NCBI GenBank assembly: GCA_964570775.1
Contig: CAZMZI010000002.1
Location: 1 to 43,923, forward strand
Reading direction: 5' to 3'
From: an uncultured Pseudomonadales bacterium
GTDB taxonomy: Bacteria > Patescibacteriota > Microgenomatia > UBA1400 > PJMF01
Length of the DNA: 43,923 bases
In this document: in pieces, positions 1 to 8,740 of the stretch
Layout of the letters: each line of letters begins with the position of its first letter
How positions within the stretch are numbered: position 1 is the stretch's first letter
Notes under the pieces: generated by a model
Told to the model about the DNA's origin: nothing
Databases searched by the model: none
What the model saw: only the letters and a program-made list of their open reading frames with translations
Program-made: the position numbers and the translations under genes

Positions 1-3000
1 ACTCCACAGCCTTCTACACAGGTTGGGACAACATCCATGCAGAGTTCAACCTTGGTCAGTATGCCAAGCGTGTTTTCTTTGGAGCTTGGCAAGAACATGA
101 GGGACTCGGAAGTCCTACGGCCAAAGCACAACAAGCTGAGATTGTGCGGCTGCCGCTACTCCTTCTTTTTAAATTAGTTCTGCCCCCCAACCTCCATCGC
201 TTTGCCTTTATATTCCTAATGTTTGCTGTAGGTGGCGTTAGTATGTACTACTACCTAACCAGCATTTGGCTTAAGAGAACCAACACTATATATAGAAGCT
301 GGGTAGCCACCGTTGCCTCGCTATTTTATTTGCTTCACGTCCTCACTTTGCAACAGTTCTATATCAGCTTTGAAATGTTCACGGTGCAGTTTGCGTTTTT
401 CCCACTCCTCCTCCTCATCATCCACAAACTAGTGCAAAAACCAACCTACGCCAAAATGCTCTTGTTTGTACTAGTCCAAATTGCACTTGCACCCAGTGCC
501 CATACGCCAACTGTGTTTTACCTTGGTGTTGTTTTCTCTGTCATCTATGGCTTTTTTGTTTCCTTCCATACACATAAGAAACTGTTAACAGCTACTATCA
601 TGGCACTACTTATTGGCCTTGGCACCGCAGCAATTCATAGTTTTTGGATGATTCCCAATCTGTTTTATACCTTTTATAACGCTTCGTATGTGGCAGAAAG
701 TAAAGCCAACATCTTGTTTGGTCCAGAATCGTTGTGGAGCATTAGAGAAGCAAGCACCATGCATAGCTTCCTAACTGGCCTTCACTACCTGCTTACTTGG
801 AAAGACTATAGTTTTGAAAGTAGTTCCCACGTCTATATTTTTGACGAGTGGAAAGCTCACCTTGAAAGTCCCACCGTTATTCTACAAATGTATACTCTTG
901 GCATTTTTTCGCTGTTAGGACTTGGTGCCATAGTTCTAGACAAAACAAGAAAAGCAACACGCTGGGCAATTGTAATTCCCTATCTTTTTTGTGTCAGCTT
1001 TATTTGGCTGGGATTGTTTCCCACCCAGTATCTATTGCTACCACTTTTTAAAGTCTCTGCCGTCTTGGAAGCATTTAGAAACCCTTTCACTAAGCTTTCT
1101 GTCCTGTACACCTTCTTCTTAATCGTTGCCTTTGCGAGTTTTTTGGAAACGGTGTTAGCTATCATTAAAGAAAAACTTCCAACTAATCCGGCAAAAATGG
1201 TGAGCACCTTGGTGCTTGCACTCACCACTACCTACATTTTCTCTGTAGCAGAACCATCATTTTGGGGTAACTTTTTGAGTGATAAATTGGTAGCACAGTA
1301 CCCACCTGCGTACCAAGAACTTTTTTCATACATGAAGGGAAGAAACGAGTACGAAAGAGTACTTGAAATGCCATATACCTCGCATGAGGGTTGGGTGCTC
1401 CATAATTGGCCAACAGCTACACAAAACCAAGGCTACCAAGGCATTGGCTTTGTTTTTTTTGGTATCCCACAAAGTTACTTAACCCCCGATTTTGCCAGGT
1501 GGAATGCCGCAAATGACTATTTTTACCAAGAACTACAGTATGCTGTAAATACAAAAAATGCGACTCGCTTGGCGCACATTGCAGAAAAATATGTAGTTCC
1601 TTTGGTCATCTTAGACGAAACTAGAATTAACGCTCACAAAGCACATGATTTTGAAGCTACAAAACAGCTACTAACCGACGCAGGATTTGTACCAGTTTGG
1701 CACCATGAGTTTTTGACAGTGTATGAAAAAAAACTTGCTAACCGTTCAGATGGATTACTTGTTCCTTCAAGCATAAGCTTTACCGACCAGCGAATTGACC
1801 GAGTTAAAGAAGATGGTCGTTTTGTACAACAAGGCAACTATATACTGGACCCATCAGCAAAGCTTACAAAATTTTTCTATCCCTTTGCGCACCTCTACTT
1901 AGATGACATTCCTCTTGCAGCCTACTCAACCAACATAACCATGCTTACCGGGACTACACCACCGGGTGACTATATTCTCACCATTCCCGGTTTATCTGGT
2001 GATACGGTTGAAACAACCATGGCACTTAAGAGGTCTGGCAAACATATTTCAGTTTATTTCCCACAATATGCGTTAGTTGCTGGAGCTACTCGGGTGTCAC
2101 TGCCCCAGTTACAAAACCTTGAACTTACGTTGCCAGAAACAGCCATAACTGGAAATGTTGTTATCAACGGGACACCATTCGCACTCAATGAAAATGAAGT
2201 ACTCCATATTAGTGTGTCACTACAAAAAGAGGTTCCACTCCAATTTGCAAGTAGTGATGGCACAACCCTCCAGGAATATCTACCCAATTGGTCACAACTA
2301 CAGCAAACAACTAGTGCGGAGTTTACGGTAATTGATACCATTGGTTTAGAGATAGCCTTTCCACTGGCAACTGCAATCCTTTCTGCAAAACCTTCAGAAA
2401 ACTGTAGCAACGTAAAAGATACCAGCAGCATTGTGACAACCTTTGGCACAAACGGCGAAGCAACCTACACTGCTGATAAATTTGGGGTTAACTGCAATGC
2501 ACTTTCGCTCGATTTCATGACCCCTGCTTCTTCATATCTCATGCATGTGAAGGGAGAAAACTATGCAGGCAGAAGTACCAAGTTGTTTGTGAATTATTCT
2601 GGCCGAGATGCGGTACATGATGAGTACCTGCTGCCAGAATCCAGTTTTGATAAAACCTATGGATTACACAAGATTTCAAACGATGTATTGTCACAATTCT
2701 TTGTGAACTGGGAAACTCGTTCTTTTGGTAATGTAAGCAAAAATAAACTTGAAACCATTCAAGTAATCCCTTTGCCAATTGAACGATTTTCTAATGTCAA
2801 GTTAGAAAAACCACAGTTGCCCCTTGCGTATACCAACCCCATTACGGTTACTTCAACAAAATCATTTTTCGATGTTATCTATAAAGTTAAACTGGATTGT
2901 GAGTCAACCTGTTGGTTAGGACTAAACCAATCCTACGATCATTGGTGGCTTGCCTTTGATGCCTCAAATCTTAAACGCCTCACACATACCGTTTTTAATA

Positions 3001-3233
3001 ACTGGGCGAACATGTGGCAAGTAACAGATAAAAATAAAGGGGTGTATATCATATTTTTACCACAGCTTATTTCTATTGCCGCTCTGCTGGTAACACTACT
3101 TGGCATTGGCTGGTTAGGTATGGCAGCGTATGCATCAAATAAACTAGAACTACTTGAAAAAAAGAAGCGTGCACGCACGCTCCACATGACACCAAAACAT
3201 ACCCTACTTGGTATTAAACACCGCACAAAATAA
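1..3233 (+). CDS. Large polytopic membrane protein with GT-C-fold glycosyltransferase-like architecture (YfhO/AftD-like layout); 5' end runs off the window
   Basis: The frame of ORF 144..3233 stays open back to nt 3 (STAFYTGWDNIHAEFNLGQYAKRVFFGAWQEHEGLGS...), so the GTG at 144 is probably internal. The first ~400 aa are consecutive hydrophobic helices. They are followed by a ~550-aa soluble region, a single C-terminal TM helix (IIFLPQLISIAALLVTLLGIGWLGMAAY) and a basic tail. The functional call rests on architecture only. Confidence 0.55.
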   Translation, partial: STAFYTGWDNIHAEFNLGQYAKRVFFGAWQEHEGLGSPTAKAQQAEIVRLPLLLLFKLVLPPNLHRFAFIFLMFAVGGVSMYYYLTSIWLKRTNTIYRSWVATVASLFYLLHVLTLQQFYISFEMFTVQFAFFPLLLLIIHKLVQKPTYAKMLLFVLVQIALAPSAHTPTVFYLGVVFSVIYGFFVSFHTHKKLLTATIMALLIGLGTAAIHSFWMIPNLFYTFYNASYVAESKANILFGPESLWSIREASTMHSFLTGLHYLLTWKDYSFESSSHVYIFDEWKAHLESPTVILQMYTLGIFSLLGLGAIVLDKTRKATRWAIVIPYLFCVSFIWLGLFPTQYLLLPLFKVSAVLEAFRNPFTKLSVLYTFFLIVAFASFLETVLAIIKEKLPTNPAKMVSTLVLALTTTYIFSVAEPSFWGNFLSDKLVAQYPPAYQELFSYMKGRNEYERVLEMPYTSHEGWVLHNWPTATQNQGYQGIGFVFFGIPQSYLTPDFARWNAANDYFYQELQYAVNTKNATRLAHIAEKYVVPLVILDETRINAHKAHDFEATKQLLTDAGFVPVWHHEFLTVYEKKLANRSDGLLVPSSISFTDQRIDRVKEDGRFVQQGNYILDPSAKLTKFFYPFAHLYLDDIPLAAYSTNITMLTGTTPPGDYILTIPGLSGDTVETTMALKRSGKHISVYFPQYALVAGATRVSLPQLQNLELTLPETAITGNVVINGTPFALNENEVLHISVSLQKEVPLQFASSDGTTLQEYLPNWSQLQQTTSAEFTVIDTIGLEIAFPLATAILSAKPSENCSNVKDTSSIVTTFGTNGEATYTADKFGVNCNALSLDFMTPASSYLMHVKGENYAGRSTKLFVNYSGRDAVHDEYLLPESSFDKTYGLHKISNDVLSQFFVNWETRSFGNVSKNKLETIQVIPLPIERFSNVKLEKPQLPLAYTNPITVTSTKSFFDVIYKVKLDCESTCWLGLNQSYDHWWLAFDASNLKRLTHTVFNNWANMWQVTDKNKGVYIIFLPQLISIAALLVTLLGIGWLGMAAYASNKLELLEKKKRARTLHMTPKHTLLGIKHRTK

Positions 3234-3280
3234 CCCGCGTTACACTCTATGTAAGCTGCTCTTTGTACACTGAAGGCATA

Positions 3281-4471
3281 ATGAAATGGCCAGTGTTGTT
3301 AGCTCTCATGCTCACCTTCCTTGTAGTGGCCTCACCAGCACATGCCCAAATCATTATTTCTGAAGTACAAGCCAACCCACTAGAGGGCTCCGAGTGGGTT
3401 GAGCTTTACAATAGTAGTGAAACACCTGTACCTCTTGAGGGATGGCAACTGAGTGATACACTCGCTACACCCTCTGTACTACTTACTATCCCAACTGTCA
3501 CACTACAGGGTTTTGAAACAAAAGTGTTTGAAGTGAGTGGTCAAAAACTCAATAACACTGGAGATACAGTAACTGTGAGAGACAGTCTAGGTGCTATAGT
3601 AGATTCCCTTCCATTTCTTAGTGCCACTAAAGCAAAGTCCTGGCAAAAAACCAGTATAGAAAGTACTACTATTGAAACTGAACCAACACCAGGATTTCAG
3701 TTAGTACAACCAACACCTAGTCCTACTCCCTCACCACAAGTAACGCCAACACCCACCCCATCACTGGTACCTACCCCAACGCCATCGCCAGTACCTTCCT
3801 TATTACCTTCATCGGCACCACCAAACGCCACATCACTAGACTCACTTATAATCCCACAAGTATATGCATGCCCAAATGCAGGTGAACAAGAGTGGATACA
3901 ACTTCAAAATCTTTCCTCAGAAATACTCCCGCTCGTCGGCGTCACCCTAACTGATCTTGCAGGTAACTCACTCCCTTTGCCTAATCTCCTAGAACCTCAC
4001 AGCACCACAACCATCACACTTTCTAAGTCAGTACTTAACAATGCAGGTGAAACATTAACCTTTGCAAATAAAGACGGGACTCCAATCAAAGAAGTTGAAA
4101 TATTAGCGTGCCAAACTGGTGTGAGTACCACGCTTACCTCCTATCTTCAAAATACTCAAACATTCCAAGAAATAGACAGTAAGGTATCAGAAGTGAGTAC
4201 GAATACTGCCACTGCAACTCAAAGTGCAAGTTTAGAAAACACCCCTGCCATGCCTCCTGCATTGTTACAACTTAGTCAAAACATGTATGCGCTACCACTA
4301 CTCAAACTACCCCAACCACAAACACAGATGAGAGATACACCTATCGAGCTTACCAGGGCGGCAAAGCAGCTGCCAAAATCTGGTGTGATTTGTGCTATAG
4401 TAGGCGGGTTACTCTGCTGTATAGCTGCAGCATGGTACCAGTATAAGCAAACACTTACTGCACCATCATGA
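3281..4471 (+). CDS. Secreted surface protein with two lamin-tail domains (LTD), a Pro/Thr-rich linker and a C-terminal LPKSG sorting-signal-like anchor
   Basis: ATG at 3281 is preceded by GAAGG; the track start at 3263 is TTG. Signal peptide MKWPVLLALMLTFLVVASPAHA/Q. LTD signature IIISEVQANPLEGSEWVELYNSSETPVPLEGWQLSD ... LNNTGDTVTVRDSLGAIVDS. Second copy: EQEWIQLQNLSSE...LTDLAGN...LNNAGETLTFANKDG. C-terminus is LPKSG (4370..4384), then an 18-aa hydrophobic stretch, then YKQ. Confidence 0.8.
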   Translation: MKWPVLLALMLTFLVVASPAHAQIIISEVQANPLEGSEWVELYNSSETPVPLEGWQLSDTLATPSVLLTIPTVTLQGFETKVFEVSGQKLNNTGDTVTVRDSLGAIVDSLPFLSATKAKSWQKTSIESTTIETEPTPGFQLVQPTPSPTPSPQVTPTPTPSLVPTPTPSPVPSLLPSSAPPNATSLDSLIIPQVYACPNAGEQEWIQLQNLSSEILPLVGVTLTDLAGNSLPLPNLLEPHSTTTITLSKSVLNNAGETLTFANKDGTPIKEVEILACQTGVSTTLTSYLQNTQTFQEIDSKVSEVSTNTATATQSASLENTPAMPPALLQLSQNMYALPLLKLPQPQTQMRDTPIELTRAAKQLPKSGVICAIVGGLLCCIAAAWYQYKQTLTAPS

Positions 4472-4848
4472 ATGTCCAACTAGTCAAGAAATATTGTTTT
4501 GCTTTTGCACCATCAGTTGGATGGGCTATCATTATTTTTATTTTTTCTGCACAAAGCACACTTCCTTCAGCTAAAGCAACTGAATACGATTTTATTCTTA
4601 AAAAAGCAGCACACATGATTGTCTATGCCGTACTGTTTTTACTGTTATCTTGGGGATTTGGGAAAGTAAAAAATAACTACTCTGTCCATAAACACTGGTA
4701 CATGCCAGCTCTCATATGCTTTACCTACGCAATATCAGATGAGCTTCATCAAAACTTTGTTACTAACCGTCATCCCGCAATTCAAGACATCGGATACGAT
4801 ATGCTAGGAGTTTTTGTGGCATATTTAAAAAAGTCAGAGCGCAAATAG
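4468..4848 (+). CDS. VanZ-like family membrane protein
   Basis: 126 aa with about four hydrophobic helices. VanZ-like motifs KKAAHMIVYAVLFLLL and SDELHQNFVTNRHPAIQDIGYDMLGV. The start overlaps the upstream stop (ATGA at 4468..4471). Confidence 0.75.
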   Translation: MNVQLVKKYCFAFAPSVGWAIIIFIFSAQSTLPSAKATEYDFILKKAAHMIVYAVLFLLLSWGFGKVKNNYSVHKHWYMPALICFTYAISDELHQNFVTNRHPAIQDIGYDMLGVFVAYLKKSERK

Positions 4849-4870
4849 GTAGTACACCAACGAGTAACTA

Positions 4871-4898
4871 TTGACATCCTATCAGAGTACTCTACACT
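4871..4898 (+). promoter_or_regulatory. Sigma70-like promoter candidate for the HU gene
   Basis: Perfect TTGACA at 4871..4876, a 16-nt spacer, then TACACT at 4893..4898. It lies about 67 nt upstream of the hup ATG, which has GAAAGGG as a Shine-Dalgarno-like element just upstream. Confidence 0.3.
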
Positions 4899-4965
4899 AC
4901 TTACTCTACCACTTTTACACTATGTATCGTTTAAAAATAGTATGAAGTAATATGAAAGGGCAGGC

Positions 4966-5241
4966 ATGACAAAATCTCAATTAATTGACATTGTTGCAAA
5001 AAAAGCTCATCTTACTAAAAAAGCATCTGGAGATGCAATTGAAGCTCTATTCGATGAAGTGAATCGCGCACTCGGCAAAGGTGATAAAGTAGTAATCTCA
5101 GGATTTGGCACATTCTACATTAGTCAAGTTCGTGACAAGCAAGTTGTTCCATTTGGTGATGAAGGTAAGAGACAAACAATTAAGGGCCACAAAGTTGTAA
5201 ACTTTAGAGTTGGCAAACCACTCAAAAAAAATGTGTGGTAA
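4966..5241 (+). CDS. hup: HU/IHF-family nucleoid DNA-binding protein
   Basis: 91 aa: MTKSQLIDIVAKKAHLTKKASGDAIEALFDEV...VVISGFGTFYISQVRDKQ...FRVGKPLKK, the typical HU fold signature. Confidence 0.92.
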   Translation: MTKSQLIDIVAKKAHLTKKASGDAIEALFDEVNRALGKGDKVVISGFGTFYISQVRDKQVVPFGDEGKRQTIKGHKVVNFRVGKPLKKNVW

Positions 5242-5265
5242 CACCGTACGCACCTAGACACAAAA

Positions 5266-5295
5266 AACCTCTTGGGTAACTAAGAGGTTTTTTTT
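5266..5295 (+). terminator. Rho-independent terminator after hup
   Basis: 8-bp stem aacctctt (5266..5273) pairing with aagaggtt (5282..5289), loop gggtaact, followed by a run of T through 5295. Confidence 0.75.
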
Positions 5296-5313
5296 ATATA
5301 CTAGCCATACCCT

Positions 5314-6186
5314 ATGTTTAAAAAATACCAAGCACATATACTGCAAGTTGCCATTCATTCTTTGCAATTTAGAGCAGAAATGATTACGCACATAGTGCTT
5401 GATGCTGTGCCATTTGTGGTAGTGCTTTTTATTTGGCTAGCACTGTTTCAAAACACAGCAACAATTCAAAACTTCACATTCCCACAAATTGTAGAGTACT
5501 ACCTACTTGCACTCATTATTGAAAGATGTACCGCATCACACTTTGAGAGTTGGAGATCACAAGAAATTCGTGAAGGAAAAATTGATTACTACTTAACCAA
5601 ACCATTTTCCTACCTTCACAGTATCGTAGCAAAAGATATTGGTGGGAAAATAGTAAGCATTCTATTAAGTATTCCTATTTTTATGCTGCTTATCCTGCTT
5701 TTACAGCAAATTTTTTCCTTTCAGTTACCTTCCTTTTCTCTCGGTATTCTTATACCATTTGTATTGTTCCTTCTGTTTGCGTATGCAATGCAAACACTGA
5801 TAGCCCTGTGGATAGTTCTACTTACCTTTTGGTTTGAAGGTTCCGATGGGTTAGAACACTTTAAATGGATCACTATCTCGCTTTTTAGTGGCGCAATGCT
5901 GCCCTATACCTTTATGCCAGAGTGGTTGCAAACTGCATTCGACTATTTACCCTTTAAATACCTATACGCGGTGCCAATTGGCATTGCGCAACAACAACTT
6001 ACCATCTCGGCATCATTACTACTTGGAATGTCAGTTACACTGGTGACAATGGTTTTGTGTACAAAACTACTGTGGATAAAAGCTGTACGGGTGTATTGTT
6101 CGGCGGGGGGGTTAAACAAACACAATGAAAAAATATTGGTTTCTTTTCTGGTACTTTCGCAAAATGCAGCTCATGAAAATGGTTGA
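5314..6186 (+). CDS. ABC-2 type transporter permease, paralog 1 (DUF990/ABC2_membrane_6-like), with an anomalous 24-aa C-terminal tail
   Basis: Six-helix hydrophobic profile and M-x-KY N-terminus. Shares the motif G-(K/D)-(I/F)D-(Y/F)-x-L-(T/S)-KP with the three paralogs. It continues 24 aa past the family-typical ...YCSAGG end and overlaps the next gene by 62 nt. A G7 tract lies at 6105..6111. Confidence 0.75.
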   Translation: MFKKYQAHILQVAIHSLQFRAEMITHIVLDAVPFVVVLFIWLALFQNTATIQNFTFPQIVEYYLLALIIERCTASHFESWRSQEIREGKIDYYLTKPFSYLHSIVAKDIGGKIVSILLSIPIFMLLILLLQQIFSFQLPSFSLGILIPFVLFLLFAYAMQTLIALWIVLLTFWFEGSDGLEHFKWITISLFSGAMLPYTFMPEWLQTAFDYLPFKYLYAVPIGIAQQQLTISASLLLGMSVTLVTMVLCTKLLWIKAVRVYCSAGGLNKHNEKILVSFLVLSQNAAHENG

Positions 6187-6916
6187 GTACCGTTCAAACT
6201 TTTTATTTTGGTCTGTGGTCTCTCTGATGTGGACTGCCTTTAACTACTTTTTCTTCGGGCTGTTGTTTGGACAAAAGGATCAGCTTGCTGGATGGTCATA
6301 TCTCGAATTACAAGTGGTACTCTCTTTTTTTACAATGCTTGACTCATTCATTTGGTCTGTCTTTTATCCAAACATGACACAGTATACGCAAGCCATTTTT
6401 TCTGGTGAACTCAGCAAGTATTTGTTGCAACCAGTTAGCAGCTTGTTTCTGCTCACCACACAACATGCTACCTACCACAATGTTCCTCGTTTTTTAGTTG
6501 GATTAACAGTTCTTACACAATCACTGATTGCACTTGGTATATATCCTAGTTTCCTGCAGATACTTGCAAGCATGGTTCTGTTTTGTTGCAGTATTTTATT
6601 TATTTACACAGGCTGGTTTCTTACCGCAACACTTGCCTTTTGGGTTGAACGTTTTAATAACAGTGCGGATATTATGCCTGGACTCAGAAGGGTGTATCAA
6701 ATTCCTCGTCAACTCTATACAGGCACCATAAGTTTTGTGTTTACACTCGTTTTTCCACTTGGTCTTGTTACAACGCTCCCCAGTGAAGTTCTGTTACAAA
6801 AAAATACTTCGCTATCTCTAAGCGTCTACTTTGTAGCGTTTACACTCCTTTTCATGTTTGGTACCTACCGATTTTACAAATACTCTATTACCAAGTACAC
6901 AGGAGTTGGCGGCTAA
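6125..6916 (+). CDS. ABC-2 type transporter permease, paralog 2
   Basis: 263 aa. MKKYWFLFWYFRKMQLMKMVEYRSNF..., GELSKYLLQPVSSLF motif, multiple TM helices, ends ...KYTGVGG. Confidence 0.8.
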   Translation: MKKYWFLFWYFRKMQLMKMVEYRSNFLFWSVVSLMWTAFNYFFFGLLFGQKDQLAGWSYLELQVVLSFFTMLDSFIWSVFYPNMTQYTQAIFSGELSKYLLQPVSSLFLLTTQHATYHNVPRFLVGLTVLTQSLIALGIYPSFLQILASMVLFCCSILFIYTGWFLTATLAFWVERFNNSADIMPGLRRVYQIPRQLYTGTISFVFTLVFPLGLVTTLPSEVLLQKNTSLSLSVYFVAFTLLFMFGTYRFYKYSITKYTGVGG

Positions 6917-6947
6917 CACACCAATTTGGTGCGCTATACTAACACGT

Positions 6948-7949
6948 ATGTCAAAACCAGTTATTGAAGTTGCACACTTAACAAAACATTTTTCCGTGTA
7001 TAAAAAGCAACAGGGATTGTGGGGCTCGATACAGTCACTTTGGCACAGAGAATATGAAACAGTTGCTGCAGTAGAAGATGTAAGCTTTAGCATTGATGAA
7101 GGCGAGATAGTAGGATTTATTGGCAAAAATGGGGCAGGAAAAACAACCACCCTTAAAATGCTTTCTGGCTTGCTGTTCCCTACAAGCGGTTCAGTCTCTG
7201 TGCTCGGTTTTAATCCTTGGGACAGGAAATCTGCATTTCAAAAGCAGTTTGCATTAGTGATGGGTCAAAAAAATCAATTATGGTGGGACTTACCTGCTAT
7301 TGAAACCTTCAACTTAAACAAGGCTATCTACGAAATACCAGATGCTCAATTTAAAAAAACGCTTACAAAACTAACCGATTTGCTAGATATTGGAGATAGT
7401 TTACAAATACAGGTACGTAAGCTCTCTTTAGGTCAGAGAATGAAGTGTGAACTTATTGCTGCATTGCTCCACAATCCTAAAGTGTTGTTCTTAGATGAGC
7501 CAACAATTGGGTTAGATGTGGTGATGCAAAAAATTCTGCGTGACTTTATTGCAGCATATAACAAAGAGTTTGGTGCAACCATTATTCTCACCAGTCATTA
7601 TATGGATGATGTCAAAGAACTATGTAAGCGTGCAATTATTATTGATCAAGGCAAGAAAATTTTTGATGGACAATTACAGTCGATAATTGATGACTATGCC
7701 CGCAATAAAATTCTCTCGCTTGTTTTTAGTTCACCGGTTCCACTAGCAAAAGTGAAGTCATTTGGCACACTCAAAACTGAAAGTGAAGAAAAATCACATG
7801 CTGAAATTTCTTCTGCAACACTCTTGGTTCCAAGGAAGAAAGCAACAAGTGTCGCGGCAAAACTACTTTCCGAGTTACCGGTACAAGACCTAACAATAGA
7901 AGAACCCTCAATTGAGGCAATTATCCGTGAAGTCTTTGCAACTAAATAA
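6948..7949 (+). CDS. ABC transporter ATP-binding protein (COG4586-like)
   Basis: Walker A GKNGAGKTT, signature LSLGQRM, Walker B VLFLDEPT, H-loop TSHYM, plus the GQKNQLWWDLP motif. I chose the ATG at 6948 (MSKPVIEVAHLTKHF). The track start at 6858 would add 30 non-homologous aa overlapping the upstream permease. Confidence 0.9.
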   Translation: MSKPVIEVAHLTKHFSVYKKQQGLWGSIQSLWHREYETVAAVEDVSFSIDEGEIVGFIGKNGAGKTTTLKMLSGLLFPTSGSVSVLGFNPWDRKSAFQKQFALVMGQKNQLWWDLPAIETFNLNKAIYEIPDAQFKKTLTKLTDLLDIGDSLQIQVRKLSLGQRMKCELIAALLHNPKVLFLDEPTIGLDVVMQKILRDFIAAYNKEFGATIILTSHYMDDVKELCKRAIIIDQGKKIFDGQLQSIIDDYARNKILSLVFSSPVPLAKVKSFGTLKTESEEKSHAEISSATLLVPRKKATSVAAKLLSELPVQDLTIEEPSIEAIIREVFATK

Positions 7950-8740
7950 TGAACAAGTACTGGATACTGTTACTCCTTAGCTGGCAAAATGGCCTGGTAT
8001 ATAGAACGAGCGTTATACTGTGGCGATTCCGTCAACTACTTAGTACTATCATGGCTATCTCAGTTTGGTCTGTTGTATTTGGCGGACAACAGTTGGCATT
8101 TGGTTACTCTAACTCACAAATGACCACCTACATCTTACTTACTGCGTTCCTGCAAAGTATTGTGCTTGCTACAGTACTCCATGGCCTTGCAGAAACAATT
8201 TATTCTGGCAACTTGAGCAATATATTACTTAAACCCGTAAATGTGTTTGCTTACCTTGGCTTACAAGATGTAGCTGACAAAATCAAAAATGGTATAGCTC
8301 TCATCATTGAAACATTTATAGTACTCAGTATTTTTAAACTAGAACTTTCTGTACCTTCTTTACTGGTTATTGGTGTGTTTCTTGTTTGGGTAAGTGGAGC
8401 AATGGTTCTCAATTTTCTTGTAGCACTACTCTTTGGTGGGATAGGGTTCTGGAGCCCTGAGACTTGGGGCCCTCGATTTTTGTTTTTTATGTTTTTGGAA
8501 TTTACTGCAGGCAAACTGTTCCCATTAGATATCATGCCAAAAAGTGTGCAGGATGTTGTTTTTCTTACACCATTTCCCTACTTTTCATTTGTCCAAAGCC
8601 AACTTTTTTTACAAAAATTAACTCAAGCGGAAATCCTCCATCACTCGTTGATGTTAGGTTTCTGGATCATGCTACTCTGGGGTAGTGTTGTGTTGATTTG
8701 GAAAAAAGGACTACGTAATTACTCGTCAGCAGGAAGATAA
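7949..8740 (+). CDS. ABC-2 type transporter permease, paralog 3
   Basis: 263 aa. MNKYWILLLLSWQNGLVYRTS..., GNLSNILLKPVNVFAY motif, ends ...NYSSAGR. Its start overlaps the ATPase stop (TAATG at 7947..7951). Confidence 0.8.
   Translation: MNKYWILLLLSWQNGLVYRTSVILWRFRQLLSTIMAISVWSVVFGGQQLAFGYSNSQMTTYILLTAFLQSIVLATVLHGLAETIYSGNLSNILLKPVNVFAYLGLQDVADKIKNGIALIIETFIVLSIFKLELSVPSLLVIGVFLVWVSGAMVLNFLVALLFGGIGFWSPETWGPRFLFFMFLEFTAGKLFPLDIMPKSVQDVVFLTPFPYFSFVQSQLFLQKLTQAEILHHSLMLGFWIMLLWGSVVLIWKKGLRNYSSAGR

Noticed and set aside
3710-3823. A repetitive ACNCC/CCA-rich nucleotide tract that at first glance looks like a tandem repeat.
   Set aside because: It is in frame within the LTD protein and encodes a Pro/Thr/Ser linker. 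The units are imperfect and of variable length, so it is coding low-complexity sequence rather than a structural repeat or CRISPR-like array.
6858-6947. A 30-aa N-terminal extension of the ABC ATPase, as listed in the ORF track.
   Set aside because: The extension overlaps the end of permease 2 and is not homologous to ABC ATPase N-termini. The family-typical start M-x-x-x-IEV-x-x-L-x-K-x-F begins at the ATG at 6948, just after the permease stop.
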